This document shows positions 18,363 to 29,405 of a DNA stretch of 64,000 nucleotides, piece after piece. How positions within the stretch are numbered: the first letter of the stretch is position 1; every line of letters starts with the position of its first letter. The DNA lies in the NCBI GenBank assembly GCA_963758115.1, contig CAVWUG010000010.1:136237-200236 (forward strand). The letters are read 5' to 3'. Made by a program: the position numbers and the translations under genes. The DNA comes from an uncultured Actinomycetota bacterium (lineage in GTDB: Bacteria > Actinomycetota > Actinomycetes > Mycobacteriales > Mycobacteriaceae). Below the pieces are notes generated by a model. That model worked only from the letters and a program-made list of their open reading frames with translations. It ran no database searches and was not told where the DNA came from.

Positions 18363-19550
18363 CTACTTGCCGCTGCTGCCCGGGCTGGCACCACTGCCTG
18401 CGGTGTAGGACGCCTTGCCGGTGCCGGCCAGTCCGCCGCCGGACACGATCAGGTATTCGTCCCGGATCGGTTTGTCGGCGAAGAAGTCTTCGAGGATTTC
18501 CCGGGCCCCGGCGGCGTAGCGGGCTTGGGCTGACAGCGTGGTTCCCGAGACGTGGGGCGTCATGGCCTCGTTCGGCATGCTGCGCCATGGGTGGTCGGCC
18601 GGCGGCGGTTGCGGATACCAGACGTCGCCGGCGTACCCGGCCAGATGACCACTCTTCAGCGCTGCCACCACCGCGTCGCGCACACAGATCTCGGCGCGGG
18701 CCGTGTTCACGATGTAGGAACCGCGCCGCATCGAGGCGATCAGCTTCTCGTCGAACAGGTGATAGGTCTGCGGGTGCAGCGGCGCATGGATGGACACCAC
18801 GTCGACCGAGCGCGCCAGCGCCGCGGCGTCGGGGTGGTAGGTAACGTTCAATTCCTTCTCGACCTCGTCGGGTAGCCGGCGAGTGTCGAAGTAGTGCAGG
18901 TTGACGTCGAAGGGGGCCATCCGTCGCAGCGTGGCCAGACCGATGCGGCCGGCGGCGATCACGCCCACGTCCATGCCCTCGACGTCGTAGGCGCGCTCGA
19001 CGCAGTCGGCGATGTTCCAGCCGCCGTCGGTCACCCACTGATGGGACGGGACGAAGTTGCGCACCAGAGCCAGGATCTGCATGACGGCGTGCTCGGCGAC
19101 GCTGATGCTGTTGCAGAAGGTGACCTCGGCGACGGTGAGCCCGCGGGCAATAGCCGCGTCGAGATCGACGTGGTCCGAACCGATGCCCGCGGTGAGGGCC
19201 AGCTTGAGGTTCTTCGCTTTGGCAATCCGTTCGGCGGTGAGATAGGCCGGCCAAAACGGTTGGGAGATCACCACATCGGCGTCAGGCAGCTCGTGCTCGA
19301 ATTCGGAGTCCGGACCTTCCTTGTCCGATGTGACGACCAACTGGTGCCCGGCGCTTTCCAGAAAACTCCGCAGGCCAAGCTCACCCGACACGCAGCCCAG
19401 CAGCTGACCCGGGGTGAAATCGATCGCCGACGGGGTCGGCAACGTCTGGCCGCCGGGGTAACCATGCAACACGGGAATGCTGTCGCGCGCGTAGACCGGG
19501 GGATAGCCCGATACCGGATCCGGATACAGAACAAGCAGAACTTTGGCCAT
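18363..19550 (-). CDS. fdh: NAD-dependent formate dehydrogenase
   Basis: MAKVLLVLYPDP...GELGLRSFLESAGHQLVVTSDKEGPDSEFE...FWPAYLTAERIAKAKNLKLALTAGIGSDHVDL...CNSISVAEH is the classical D-2-hydroxyacid-dehydrogenase-type FDH. NAD fold AAGRIG. Confidence 0.9.
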   Translation of the reverse strand: MAKVLLVLYPDPVSGYPPVYARDSIPVLHGYPGGQTLPTPSAIDFTPGQLLGCVSGELGLRSFLESAGHQLVVTSDKEGPDSEFEHELPDADVVISQPFWPAYLTAERIAKAKNLKLALTAGIGSDHVDLDAAIARGLTVAEVTFCNSISVAEHAVMQILALVRNFVPSHQWVTDGGWNIADCVERAYDVEGMDVGVIAAGRIGLATLRRMAPFDVNLHYFDTRRLPDEVEKELNVTYHPDAAALARSVDVVSIHAPLHPQTYHLFDEKLIASMRRGSYIVNTARAEICVRDAVVAALKSGHLAGYAGDVWYPQPPPADHPWRSMPNEAMTPHVSGTTLSAQARYAAGAREILEDFFADKPIRDEYLIVSGGGLAGTGKASYTAGSGASPGSSGK

Positions 19551-19649
19551 GGTCCGAGAGCCTATCCCCGGGGCCTACGGACGCCCGCCGGGGTCGACGA
19601 GCCACTGACGCGTTGACGAGGCTTCGAATGAACGAAACAATCCCTCACT

Positions 19650-20432
19650 ATGGCGTTTGATCCGGCCGGGTCCGCTGCGAGCGTTTTGCGCGGTTGGGTG
19701 CACGCGATCCTCTCGCACCGCCACGGCAGCGAGGTCTATCAGACGTCGACGATGAGCGCGTTGCTCGACGGCGTCTACGACGGCGACGTGACGATCCGGG
19801 AACTGTTGCAGCACGGCAATTTTGGTCTGGGAACGTTCAATGGTCTGGACGGCGAGATGCTGGTGCTGGACGGGGTCTGCTACGAGTTGCGCAGTGACGG
19901 CAGCGCGCACGTCGCCGAGCCAACCCAGCGCACCCCGTTCGCCGTCGTCACCTGGTTCGACGCCGATCGCACATTCGACGTATCGGAGCCGGTTGACCGC
20001 GCCGCGCTCAAAGCGCGCATCGACGAGTCGCTGCCGAGCACGAATCTCATCGTCGCCGTCCGGGTCTCCGGCGATTTCAGTGAAATGCGCACCCGCACAG
20101 TGACCGAGCAGCACCGTCCGTATCCTCCTTTCAGCGAGGCCACCGACGACCAGCAGGAGGTGACGTTCAGCGATGTTACCGGCACGCTGGCCGGATTTCG
20201 GATGCCCGAGTACGAGCAGGGCATCTCGGTGGCCGGCTACCACTCCCATTTCGTCGACGCCGACCGCCGGCACGGCGGCCACGCCCTCGACTACCGGTTG
20301 ACTCGAGGCCGAGTGGAGGTCAGTGTGCGGTCCGATCTGCATCTGAGTCTGCCACGCACACCGGAATTCCTTGCCGCAGAACTGGACAGGGCCGACATGG
20401 ACGGCGAGATCCGCCGCACAGAGGGAGGGTGA
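19650..20432 (+). CDS. budA: alpha-acetolactate decarboxylase
   Basis: [46 protein letters not shown] and HSHF are typical AlsD/BudA. Confidence 0.88.
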   Translation: MAFDPAGSAASVLRGWVHAILSHRHGSEVYQTSTMSALLDGVYDGDVTIRELLQHGNFGLGTFNGLDGEMLVLDGVCYELRSDGSAHVAEPTQRTPFAVVTWFDADRTFDVSEPVDRAALKARIDESLPSTNLIVAVRVSGDFSEMRTRTVTEQHRPYPPFSEATDDQQEVTFSDVTGTLAGFRMPEYEQGISVAGYHSHFVDADRRHGGHALDYRLTRGRVEVSVRSDLHLSLPRTPEFLAAELDRADMDGEIRRTEGG

Positions 20433-20448
20433 CCTGAGCATCGAGGAG

Positions 20449-22104
20449 GTGCGCTCCGCCCAACGCGTGGTCGACACACTCGTGGCCTACGGCATTCGGT
20501 TCATCTTCGGCGTGCCCGGCGCCAAGATCGATGCCGTCTTCGACGCACTGGCCGATGGCGGCCCACGACTCGTGGTCTGCCGCCACGAGCAGAACGCCGC
20601 ATTCATGGCCGCGGCGGTCGGTCGGTTGACCGGCACGCCGGGTGTCGCGCTGGTGACATCGGGACCGGGCACCACCAATCTGGCCACCGGGTTGATCACC
20701 GCCACCACCGAGCAGGATCCCATGGTGGCGATCTGCGGCGCGGTCCAACGTTCAGATCGCCTCAAGCGGACCCACCAGTCAATGGATGCCGTCGCGGCAC
20801 TGAAGCCGTTCACGAAATACACCGGCGAAGTCAACGACCCCGACAACGTGCCCGAGGCGGTCGCCAACGCCATCCGCGCCGCGCTCACCCCGCCCCGCGG
20901 TGCCGCCGCGGTCGTGCTGCCCGCCGATGTGTTGGCGGCTGCTACCTCGGCGGCAATCGTCGAACCGTCGTCAGTACCCGGGCTCGGGCCTGCGCCGGCA
21001 GATCGAATTGCTCAGGCCGCCAAATTGATTCGCGCGGCGAAACGTCCGGTCCTGTTCGTCGGCATTCGCGCGGGCGAACCCGGGCCCTGCGCGGCGCTGC
21101 GTGAACTGCTCGCGGTGACGGACCTGCCGGTAGTCGAGACCTTTCAGGCGGCCGGAGTGGTGTCGCGCGAACTCGAGGACCACTTCGTCGGGCGGGTCGG
21201 CCTGTTCCGCAATCAACCTGGCGACGTCCTGATCAATCATGCTGACGTCGTCGTGACGGTCGGCTTCGATCCGGTGGAATACGATCCGCGGCTGTGGAAT
21301 TGGCATCCGGGACGCCCGCTCATCCACATCGACGAGCTGCCCGCCGACATCGACAACCACTATCAGCCGACGCTGGAATTGCGTGGCGACATCGCTGCGA
21401 CATTGACCGCGTTGGCCGGGCCGCTGACGGGACTGCGGCTGAGCGACACCGTCAGCGCCGACATCGCCAGGCAGCGCGCGGTACTGCGAGACATCGACGA
21501 GGAGGCCAGAACCCGACCGTCGGCGGGCGCCGTCCTCAATCCAGCGGCGTTGGTTCTGAAGATCCGCGACCTGATCGGCGACGACGCGACCATCGCCTGC
21601 GATGTCGGATCGCACTACATCTACCTGGCCCGGCACTTTCGCGTCTACCAGCCTCGGCGGTTGCTGTTCTCCGACGGTCAGCAGACGCTCGGCGTCGCGC
21701 TGCCGTGGGCCATGGCCGCGGCGATGGTGCGGCCAGACACGCCGGTGCTGTCGGTTTCCGGCGACGGTGGGTTCCTGTTCAGCGCACAAGAATTGGAGAC
21801 CGCGACGCGGCTGGGCCTCAGCTTCACCCACGTCATCATGCGCGACAACACCTACAACATGGTCGCGTTCCAGGAGGAATTGAAATACGGCCGCGTCTCG
21901 GGCGTGCAGCTGGGTGACTACGACATCACCCATTACGCCGCGGCTTTCGGCGCAACCGGCATCCGGGTCAGCGACATGACGGAATTCGAGGACGCGTTCG
22001 CCCGATCGCTGACCGAACCCGGAGTGACGATCATCGACGTCCCCGTCGACTACAGCCACAACACCGAGCTGTTCGCGGAGCTGCACGACGACGTTGTGGA
22101 ATGA
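20449..22104 (+). CDS. alsS: catabolic acetolactate synthase
   Basis: Aligns by eye along its whole length with B. subtilis AlsS ([73 protein letters not shown]). Start is uncertain: GTG 20449 is chosen; ATG 20371 would overlap budA by 62 nt. Confidence 0.88.
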   Translation: MRSAQRVVDTLVAYGIRFIFGVPGAKIDAVFDALADGGPRLVVCRHEQNAAFMAAAVGRLTGTPGVALVTSGPGTTNLATGLITATTEQDPMVAICGAVQRSDRLKRTHQSMDAVAALKPFTKYTGEVNDPDNVPEAVANAIRAALTPPRGAAAVVLPADVLAAATSAAIVEPSSVPGLGPAPADRIAQAAKLIRAAKRPVLFVGIRAGEPGPCAALRELLAVTDLPVVETFQAAGVVSRELEDHFVGRVGLFRNQPGDVLINHADVVVTVGFDPVEYDPRLWNWHPGRPLIHIDELPADIDNHYQPTLELRGDIAATLTALAGPLTGLRLSDTVSADIARQRAVLRDIDEEARTRPSAGAVLNPAALVLKIRDLIGDDATIACDVGSHYIYLARHFRVYQPRRLLFSDGQQTLGVALPWAMAAAMVRPDTPVLSVSGDGGFLFSAQELETATRLGLSFTHVIMRDNTYNMVAFQEELKYGRVSGVQLGDYDITHYAAAFGATGIRVSDMTEFEDAFARSLTEPGVTIIDVPVDYSHNTELFAELHDDVVE

Positions 22105-22107
22105 CGC

Positions 22108-23463
22108 TTACGCGCTGAAGAGCAGATACAGCCCGGTAAAGGTGTAGCTGACCATGACAAGCATCATGGTCAGCTGCCCGGTCAGCTGGTGGCCCTTGGG
22201 TAGCAGCCGAAGCGCTTTGTCATGTGCCGCGATCACCGCCACGATGTGTCCGGTCACCACTGACGTCACCTTGACGACGGCGAGCACGGTGGGATGCAGG
22301 GACAGCACATAGGCAACGTGTAGATGGCTCAGCCCGAACAGGTTCCAGCCCTTGTCGAGTGGATCGGCCAAAGCGATGATCGCCTGCTGCCCGCGCTCCA
22401 CCAGATACGACAAGTAGTGCGCGGAGATGTAGCCGACGACGATCGGAATCAGCGAGTGCGCCAGCTCGCCGGGCAGAGCGCGACGCTGCTCGCGGTCCAT
22501 TCCGCCGGTCGCGCGCGCGGCCAACGAAAACGTCGTCGCCACCACCGCGATGAAGATCAGCAGTCCGATGGTTCGCAGGGCGGTCAGCGACACCGTCACT
22601 GGCACAGCGTGAACCGCTCCGGCGAGCCGATCGGCGAGATTGCGCCAGGTGGCCGATGACGAGAAGCTGTCGAAGGCGGTAGATCCGAGTAAGACGGCCA
22701 GCACGGCGACGACGCCCGGCCGAATGGGCAGCGAGAGCAGATGATCGAACGGGTTACCGATGCCGATCTTCTGAGTCTTGGGGTCGCGCCGGAACGGTGA
22801 GAGTCGCGACACCACCATGCTGTACACCCCGAACGGGTCGGCACGGGCGAGCCACCGCTGACCGCACAGCCATGCTCCGCCCAGCAGCACCAGGGTGTAC
22901 GTCAACAGCCATGTCTTGACCCAGGGCAGCGCGGCGGGGTTCGGACTGGCCAATTCCATCCAGACAAACGCGAACAAACCCACGGCGGCCGGTCGGTAAC
23001 CCCACGACTCCGGGTAGGACAGCCGCGGCCTGGCCAGGCGTTCCGGCGTAATACGTTGCAGTAGTAGATAAATAGTGCGCACCGGGGAGATGACGCGCCA
23101 CACCGGTCCGACAAGCAGCGACACCGCCGCCAGCCCAACCCACAACAGCACATAGAAGACGCCGAGCAGTGCGTTGGCCTGCGTCTGCGGTCCGCACAGT
23201 CCGGCCATCAGCGTCCAGCAGCCGAACGCCAACGCCAAAGCCGCCGCGATGCTGCGTGTCACGCGTGAATCCACCAACGTCGTCACCGCCACGGGCAGTG
23301 GGCGGACCGGTTTCAGCGGATCAAAGCGCGGTCGCCGCCACGCAAACGCGACCAAGGCGAAGGTGAAAGTCAACGCCCACGCCGCGCCGATCACCGAAAA
23401 GGCATACGGGACTGGGAGATCGCTCGACCCGCCGAGGCCGTGCGCCAGAAGCGATCGGCTCAC
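22108..23463 (-). CDS. polytopic membrane protein, unknown function (451 aa)
   Basis: About 10-12 hydrophobic helices. N-terminus LLAHGLGGSSDLPVPY. The GTG start overlaps the stop of the upstream lipoprotein gene (GTGA). The ORF-track upstream extension is Arg-rich and overlaps that gene. Confidence 0.7.
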   Translation of the reverse strand: MSRSLLAHGLGGSSDLPVPYAFSVIGAAWALTFTFALVAFAWRRPRFDPLKPVRPLPVAVTTLVDSRVTRSIAAALALAFGCWTLMAGLCGPQTQANALLGVFYVLLWVGLAAVSLLVGPVWRVISPVRTIYLLLQRITPERLARPRLSYPESWGYRPAAVGLFAFVWMELASPNPAALPWVKTWLLTYTLVLLGGAWLCGQRWLARADPFGVYSMVVSRLSPFRRDPKTQKIGIGNPFDHLLSLPIRPGVVAVLAVLLGSTAFDSFSSSATWRNLADRLAGAVHAVPVTVSLTALRTIGLLIFIAVVATTFSLAARATGGMDREQRRALPGELAHSLIPIVVGYISAHYLSYLVERGQQAIIALADPLDKGWNLFGLSHLHVAYVLSLHPTVLAVVKVTSVVTGHIVAVIAAHDKALRLLPKGHQLTGQLTMMLVMVSYTFTGLYLLFSA

Positions 23464-23834
23464 GGATGCACTTGAATAGTGGCAACCGTCCGATCGAGGT
23501 GATGCAGCTCGATGTCGATGTTGCCCGGCACGTCGACGCTGAACTTGAACGTCTGACCGGCCGCCGCAGCGACCTCGAACTTGTGGTCGGGCACCGAATG
23601 CACGTGCAGCTCGTCGGTGACATCGCTGTTGACGCGCAACGTAATCGGCTCGGAGACCTTGGCCGCAAGCGTGGCGTTGGCCGGTGTGACCTGCCCCTTG
23701 TCGATGGTGATGTCGACGACCAGACCCGCGCCGGAGGATTGGGTCGGCTGCGATGAACCGCCGCAACCCACAAGCGCCGACATCGTCAGTGCCGCCAACG
23801 CAGTGGCAAGCACCTGCTTCATGGTCGGCATCAT
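23460..23834 (-). CDS. lipoprotein, small beta-rich His-containing domain (cupredoxin-like, putative metal-binding)
   Basis: Lipobox LVGC after a hydrophobic signal (MMPTMKQVLATALAALTMSALVGCGG). ITIDKGQVTP...LRVNSDVTDELHVHSVPDHKFEV...IELHHL recalls cupredoxin_1/EfeO-N type domains. ATG overlaps the upstream stop (ATGA). Confidence 0.7.
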   Translation of the reverse strand: MMPTMKQVLATALAALTMSALVGCGGSSQPTQSSGAGLVVDITIDKGQVTPANATLAAKVSEPITLRVNSDVTDELHVHSVPDHKFEVAAAAGQTFKFSVDVPGNIDIELHHLDRTVATIQVHP

Positions 23835-25681
23835 GCCGCCCGCGGCGGAGCGCTGGTCTCCTCTACCGGCTGCTTCGGTGTGTTTTCGGCACCGTTGATG
23901 CGCCCGGCACCCCACGTGAGTGCGCTCACGACGGCAATGGTGAAGAACAGCACGACAACTCCGCCGGCGGTGAACAGCCATGCCGGAACGGCGGGATCGC
24001 GTTCGCGTTGCAGGATCGACACTTCGAAGGCGAACGGCCGGGTGCCGTTGGTCAATGCCGGGATCTCGGGCACCGGGATGGCGTCGTCGGCGGGCGCCCA
24101 GATCGGCACCGCGGCCAGATCCCGCCCGTCGTGCACACGAAGCAGCGTCTTCCAATCACCCCACACCGGAATGGGTTCGGTGGACACGTAATGGCCCGGG
24201 CCGATCTTGTGCAGTCGGTTGATCGTCAGACCGCGGTGATTCTGCATCTTGCCCTGCCACGCCAGAATCGTGACCCAGTCCGGGTCGTCACCCGCCATGT
24301 CGGGCGGGTTGAGCTGAACGTCAGCCGACGCCAGACGCTGTCCCGGCGGGCTCGGCAGATCGGTCAGCTTGACCGTCGCCGAGTCTTGCTTCGGAACGTG
24401 GATGTGCAGGCCGTTGGCCACCGTGCCGCCGATCACCAGCACCGTCAGCGCCACCGCGGTGATCCCGAACCCGCGGCTTGGCAGAGGCTGGCTGGTCAAC
24501 ACCATGCCGAGCAGTGCGGCACAGACGCCGGCCAGCACGGCAACCGGCACCGCCGTGGGCAGCGCTTCGTTCCACAGCGCGATCGGCCACGGGTAGTGGT
24601 AGACCGCGCCGATCCACAGCGACTCGAGCCATAGCCCGACGGTGCCGATGCCCAGACCGGCGACGGCGCCGAACCAGATCGGCCGGCGGTAGAGCGGAGT
24701 CAGCGCCAGCAATTCGACGACGATCGCCGGGCCCAGGTACAACGGGAACCAGTTGATCGCGGCACCCAGGACGGGCCCGACAAGCAGCGCGACGCCGCCG
24801 CGCAGCGCTATCGCAAACAGTGCGGCGATGATCGCCGCGCCTTTGCCCAGAGTCATCCGCGCGACGATGGTTCCGATCGCGGCCGCGGCCGCGATCAGCA
24901 TCGGCTGGAAAACCAGCCGGAATTGCGGTACGCCGAAGTCGAATTCGATCTGATAGACCGACATCCCGATCAGCAGCCCGCCGCAGGACAGGTAGCGCAG
25001 GATTTTGATGAAAGGCCCGTCGTGCCGCTCGAGCGCCGCGTCGGCGGGTGTCTCTTCGGTGGAACGGGCGCCTTCGTACTCCAGCATCAGCACGGCGAAC
25101 AACGAGAAGTTGGCGCCGCCGATCATCATCAGGTGGGTGGGCCCCCACAGCGTGACGTCCTGCCCGAAAATGCGGTGCCAGATGTCATCGAGTGGAAAGC
25201 CGATCATGGCGTAGAGTCCGCATCCGGCCATCAGAATGCCGCCGACCGGGGCGTACCAGTTGCGGGTGATGCGGACTGCGGCGCGGCCCGGCCTCTCGAA
25301 AGGCAGGACGACGGCGATCATTCCGGCGACGAAGATGCCGAACAGCCCGATGATGATGAAGTAGTGCGCGGGGTTGGCCAATGGTCCGGGGTCGCGACCG
25401 TTGCCGATGTGCCAGCTGACGTCCCAGATGAAGCCGAACAGGGCGCAGATGATCGACGTGGTGAAAACCAGGATGGTCAGCGCGACCCAGGACGGGCGGT
25501 TGAACTTCGTTCCCAGCCGTTCGGCGACCGTGTTCAGCCAGGTGATCCGATGCGTGCGGTGGGCCCAGCCGACGTACAGCATCACCGCGCTGATGATCAT
25601 CGCCGCGAACGACAGCCCGATCACTTGGTTGAGGCCGGCGCCGCGCGCCGGCGGCTCTGCTGCAAGAAGTGTCGGAACCAC
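23831..25681 (-). CDS. large polytopic membrane protein, unknown function (616 aa)
   Basis: At least 12 hydrophobic helices. Repeated W-H motifs (WDVSWHIGNGRD, DDIWHRIFGQD). A roughly 150-aa soluble segment precedes a last TM helix. SD GGAGGT lies about 6 nt upstream of the ATG. Confidence 0.75.
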   Translation of the reverse strand: MVPTLLAAEPPARGAGLNQVIGLSFAAMIISAVMLYVGWAHRTHRITWLNTVAERLGTKFNRPSWVALTILVFTTSIICALFGFIWDVSWHIGNGRDPGPLANPAHYFIIIGLFGIFVAGMIAVVLPFERPGRAAVRITRNWYAPVGGILMAGCGLYAMIGFPLDDIWHRIFGQDVTLWGPTHLMMIGGANFSLFAVLMLEYEGARSTEETPADAALERHDGPFIKILRYLSCGGLLIGMSVYQIEFDFGVPQFRLVFQPMLIAAAAAIGTIVARMTLGKGAAIIAALFAIALRGGVALLVGPVLGAAINWFPLYLGPAIVVELLALTPLYRRPIWFGAVAGLGIGTVGLWLESLWIGAVYHYPWPIALWNEALPTAVPVAVLAGVCAALLGMVLTSQPLPSRGFGITAVALTVLVIGGTVANGLHIHVPKQDSATVKLTDLPSPPGQRLASADVQLNPPDMAGDDPDWVTILAWQGKMQNHRGLTINRLHKIGPGHYVSTEPIPVWGDWKTLLRVHDGRDLAAVPIWAPADDAIPVPEIPALTNGTRPFAFEVSILQRERDPAVPAWLFTAGGVVVLFFTIAVVSALTWGAGRINGAENTPKQPVEETSAPPRAA

Positions 25682-25736
25682 CGTGATACCTCCTACCGCG
25701 TGGATGGGTCCGGAAATCTCCGGGCGCCAACTTACT

Positions 25737-25955
25737 TCACGGTAGGTTGCCGGTGGGGGGTCCGTTCAAACTTTGCTTATTTTGCTGTCGCCGACGATCT
25801 AACTCGTCGGTGGGCTGGTGATCTTCGTCGGCGCTGCGCCTGTCTTTGATCGCGATATAGAGGATCACCGCGACGACGATCACCGCCGGCAGAAACGCGG
25901 GGCCGGCCAGCAGAAGCCAGTGGTGCGACAGGTACGCGACGTGTGGACTACTCAA
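25737..25955 (-). CDS. small single-pass membrane protein (72 aa), possibly first gene of the module
   Basis: TTG start. One TM helix (WLLLAGPAFLPAVIVVAVILYIAI) and a charged tail. Ends 55 nt upstream of the 616-aa gene. Confidence 0.45.
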   Translation of the reverse strand: MSSPHVAYLSHHWLLLAGPAFLPAVIVVAVILYIAIKDRRSADEDHQPTDELDRRRQQNKQSLNGPPTGNLP

Positions 25956-26131
25956 CGGAGATCACCCCGGTCGGGTACCCACTGGCCGACATCCTGACCA
26001 CGTGATGTTTGTGCAGGTGCACACCGTTAGCCTAGCCTGGGCACCGTCTAGCGCAGGCTCGATGAGCCCGGGACCCGTATCCGTCCTGCGTGCGTGGACC
26101 AACCAAGACGAAGACATCTAAGGAGTAGCTG

Positions 26132-27166
26132 GTGACTCAGGCGGCGACTCGGCCCACACCCGACACCGACAGCACCGACATCCTGGCCGTGGCCCGTCAC
26201 CAAGTGCTCGAGCGCGGTGAAGGGCTCAGCCAGCAGCAGGTGCTCGAGGTGCTGCAATTGCCCGACGAGCGGCTCGAGGAGCTGCTTGCGTTGGCGCACG
26301 AGGTGCGGATGGCTCATTGCGGCCCCGAGGTCGAGGTCGAGGGCATCATCAGCCTGAAAACCGGTGGCTGTCCGGAGGATTGCCACTTCTGCTCGCAGTC
26401 CGGGCTGTTCTCCTCGCCGGTGCGCAGCGCCTGGCTGGACGTGCCCAGCCTGGTCGAAGCGGCCAAGCAGACCGCGAAGACCGGCGCCACCGAGTTCTGC
26501 ATCGTCGCCGCCGTGCGCGGCCCCGACGAGCGGTTGCTGTCGCAGGTGGCTGCCGGCATCGAGGCGATCCGCGACGCCGTCGACATCCAGATCGCCTGCT
26601 CGTTGGGCATGCTGACCGCCGAGCAGGTGGACCGGCTCGCCGCGATGGGCGTGCACCGCTACAACCACAACCTGGAGACCGCGCGCTCGCACTTTCCAAA
26701 TGTCGTCACCACGCACACCTGGGAAGAGCGCTGGGAGACGCTGTCCATGGTGCGCAAGGCCGGCATGGAGGTGTGCTGCGGCGGCATCCTCGGCATGGGC
26801 GAGACCATCGAGCAGCGCGCAGAGTTCGCCGCGAACCTGGCCGAGCTCGACCCCGACGAGGTCCCGCTGAACTTCCTCAACCCGCGGCCGGGCACACCGT
26901 TCGGCGATCTCGAGGTGCTGCCCGCCAGCGAAGCGCTCAAGTCGGTGGCCGCATTCCGGCTGGCCCTGCCGCGCACCATGCTGCGTTTTGCCGGTGGCCG
27001 CGAAATCACTCTCGGCGACCTGGGCGCCAAGCAAGGCATTCTGGGCGGCATCAACGCTGTGATCGTCGGCAACTACCTGACCACGCTGGGACGGCCCGCG
27101 GAGGCTGATCTGGAGCTGCTGGACGACCTGCAGATGCCGATCAAGGCGCTCAACGCAAGTCTGTAG
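26132..27166 (+). CDS. bioB: biotin synthase
   Basis: Radical-SAM CPEDCHFC motif and YNHNLET. GTG start with SD AAGGAG 6 nt upstream. Confidence 0.95.
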   Translation: MTQAATRPTPDTDSTDILAVARHQVLERGEGLSQQQVLEVLQLPDERLEELLALAHEVRMAHCGPEVEVEGIISLKTGGCPEDCHFCSQSGLFSSPVRSAWLDVPSLVEAAKQTAKTGATEFCIVAAVRGPDERLLSQVAAGIEAIRDAVDIQIACSLGMLTAEQVDRLAAMGVHRYNHNLETARSHFPNVVTTHTWEERWETLSMVRKAGMEVCCGGILGMGETIEQRAEFAANLAELDPDEVPLNFLNPRPGTPFGDLEVLPASEALKSVAAFRLALPRTMLRFAGGREITLGDLGAKQGILGGINAVIVGNYLTTLGRPAEADLELLDDLQMPIKALNASL

Positions 27167-27178
27167 GACGAAACACTG

Positions 27179-27406
27179 ATGGTCCGCGATCTACCTACGC
27201 CGGTCGGTGCGGGCGTCTACAACGTCTACACGGGCGATTCGGCCGACAGTGCGGTGCCGACGGCGGCGCAGCTCGGGCTGGAGCCGCCGCGGTTCTGCGC
27301 CGAATGTGGTCGCCGGATGGTGGTGCAGGTTCGGCCCGACGGCTGGTGGGCGAAATGTTCGCGGCACGGGCTGGTCGACTCGCATGACCTGGAGGCGCAC
27401 CGATGA
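27179..27406 (+). CDS. small Cys/His protein downstream of bioB (Rv1590-like; biotin synthase auxiliary protein BsaP-like)
   Basis: 75 aa with CAECGRR...KCSRHG (zinc-ribbon-like). Sits immediately after bioB, as the mycobacterial Rv1590 does. Confidence 0.65.
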   Translation: MVRDLPTPVGAGVYNVYTGDSADSAVPTAAQLGLEPPRFCAECGRRMVVQVRPDGWWAKCSRHGLVDSHDLEAHR

Positions 27407-28011
27407 CCGATGTCGCCCCTCGGATCTCCCGGCGTCGAGCAGCGGTCACCGTCGCGGTGGGGCTGCTGCCGGTGGGTGTGCTTGTCGGTGCGCTGTGGGC
27501 GTGGCTGGCCCCTCCGCTACACGGCGTGGTGGCGCTAACGCACGACGGTCAGCGGGTGCACGACTACCTAGGCGGCGAAGCCGATCATTTCTTCGTCGCC
27601 GCCTTCCTGATGCTCGGGTTGCTCAATGTCGTTGCCGCAGTGGCGGCGGTGCTGGCCTGGCAGTGGCGGGCTCACCGCGGGCCGGGCATGGTGACCGGTC
27701 TGTGCGTCGGCGTGGTGCTCGCAGCTGCGGCCGCTATCGGCGTCGGGATATATCTGGCGCATTTGCGTTATGGCACAGTCAATTTCGCAACAGTGCCGGT
27801 GAGTCACGAACATCCGGTCTTCTATGTCACGGAAGCTCCGCCGGTGTTCTTCGGTACGTCAGGGCTGCAGATAGCGTGCACGCTGCTGCTGCCTGCCGCC
27901 ACGGCGGCGCTGGTGTACGCGGCCCCGGCGGCGGCGACCGCGCGTGATGATCTCGGCGGCTATCCGGTTGTCGACACCGTCTATCCCGCCCGGCAGACCA
28001 ACCCGTCATAA
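27403..28011 (+). CDS. integral membrane protein (Rv1591-like)
   Basis: ATGA overlap with the preceding gene. Four hydrophobic helices. Confidence 0.7.
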   Translation: MTDVAPRISRRRAAVTVAVGLLPVGVLVGALWAWLAPPLHGVVALTHDGQRVHDYLGGEADHFFVAAFLMLGLLNVVAAVAAVLAWQWRAHRGPGMVTGLCVGVVLAAAAAIGVGIYLAHLRYGTVNFATVPVSHEHPVFYVTEAPPVFFGTSGLQIACTLLLPAATAALVYAAPAAATARDDLGGYPVVDTVYPARQTNPS

Positions 28012-29343
28012 CGGGCGGCGGCGCACCGACTTTCCGGTGATCACCTTGGCCGCGATCACCGCGAGCCGGGCCATCCCGACATAGGTCGCCGGGTTGAACA
28101 TCGTCGGCCACTTCGTCCTGATCAGGTGGTCGGACAGCGGTCGGCGGGCGAACCGGTCCTGCAGCCAGCGCAGCGCCATCGGCGCCGACAGCGGATGCAG
28201 CAGCAGGTGCTCGTTGAACGCGTCCCGGTGATAGGTGACGTCGGCGCCGCCGGCCGAGTAGGCATCGGCCAGCCGGTCGATGTCCTCGACGTCGATCAGG
28301 TAGTCGTGCACGGCCTGCACGATCAGCACCGGCGGAGTCGGCACCTTGGCGCCCAGCCTGATGCTGTCGAAGACGTGCTGAACCTCGGGCATGGTCAGGA
28401 TTTCGTCGAGCGGCCGATCCAGATAGACGCCGACGTCCTTCTTGATCATCCGGAGGACCGCGCCGACCGTCGTCATGCTTTCCAGGCCCTGCAGCAGCGC
28501 GCGACCCTCGGCACTGGCGTGCTCCTGGATGACCCGGTTCAAGTCCGGGTAGATGTGCATCAGCGCGGCGATCACCATGGCAGGCAACCCAGCCAGGAAG
28601 GTGCCGTTGAGCCGGCTGAAGGTATGGCCAAGGTCGCCGACGGGCGAACCGAGTACCGCGCCGACGACGTCGAGCTCGGGCGCGTAATCGGCGCACAGCT
28701 CAGCGGCCCACGCGGTCGCCAGCCCTCCACCGGAATAGCCCCACAGCGCTACCGGCGCCGACGCTGACAGCCCGAGCCGTTCGGCGTTCAATGCGGCCCG
28801 AACGCCGTCGAGCGTGCAGTATCCGGGCTCAAAAGGCGCGCCCCACATGCCATTACGGCCCTCGTGGTCGGGTATCGACACCGCCCAGCCCTCGGCTAGG
28901 GCGGCGGTGATCAGCAACAGCTCCAGCTGCGCCAGCGAGCCGACGGCCTGCGCGCGCCGCCGCAATGCGTACGACGGGAAGCAGCGGGACGTCACCGCGT
29001 CGATCGCGCACTGATACGACAGCACCGGGCAGGGCCGTTCGGGGGTGGCGTCCTCCGGGACGATCACCGTCGTGACGGTGGCTTCCGGATTGCCGTGCAT
29101 GTCGGTGGTCCGGTACAGCAACTGGGTGGCCATGGTCCGTTGCGGGATCAGACCGAGAAATGCCAGCTCCACGTCGCGCGAACGCAGCACCGTGCCCGGT
29201 TCGGCGTGCTGATAGCCGGGCGGCGGCTGATAGAACTGGTCGTCGGACGGCAGCTGCGGACGTGCTTTGGCCTGCAGTTCCTCATGGGGAGCGACGCCGA
29301 TCCAGTCCGCACCGGTTGCGCTCGCAAGGTTGCCAATGTCCAT
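28006..29343 (-). CDS. secretory-lipase (LIP) family alpha/beta hydrolase (Rv1592c-like)
   Basis: GYSGGG nucleophile elbow ([17 protein letters not shown]). 445 aa. Position between the bioB module and nrtR. Confidence 0.8.
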   Translation of the reverse strand: MDIGNLASATGADWIGVAPHEELQAKARPQLPSDDQFYQPPPGYQHAEPGTVLRSRDVELAFLGLIPQRTMATQLLYRTTDMHGNPEATVTTVIVPEDATPERPCPVLSYQCAIDAVTSRCFPSYALRRRAQAVGSLAQLELLLITAALAEGWAVSIPDHEGRNGMWGAPFEPGYCTLDGVRAALNAERLGLSASAPVALWGYSGGGLATAWAAELCADYAPELDVVGAVLGSPVGDLGHTFSRLNGTFLAGLPAMVIAALMHIYPDLNRVIQEHASAEGRALLQGLESMTTVGAVLRMIKKDVGVYLDRPLDEILTMPEVQHVFDSIRLGAKVPTPPVLIVQAVHDYLIDVEDIDRLADAYSAGGADVTYHRDAFNEHLLLHPLSAPMALRWLQDRFARRPLSDHLIRTKWPTMFNPATYVGMARLAVIAAKVITGKSVRRRPL

Positions 29344-29405
29344 CGGGGCATTCTTGCTTAAGAGGGCATTAAGAATCCAGTCGGCACACCGAGGGTGTAC
29401 GGAAT

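Noticed and set aside
26011-26022. Palindrome GTGCAGGTGCAC upstream of bioB as a possible BioQ-type operator.
   Set aside because: It does not match the TGAAC-N3-GTTCA type site I recall for mycobacterial BioQ. It is short, no bioQ gene is in view, and no second copy lies upstream of bioA.
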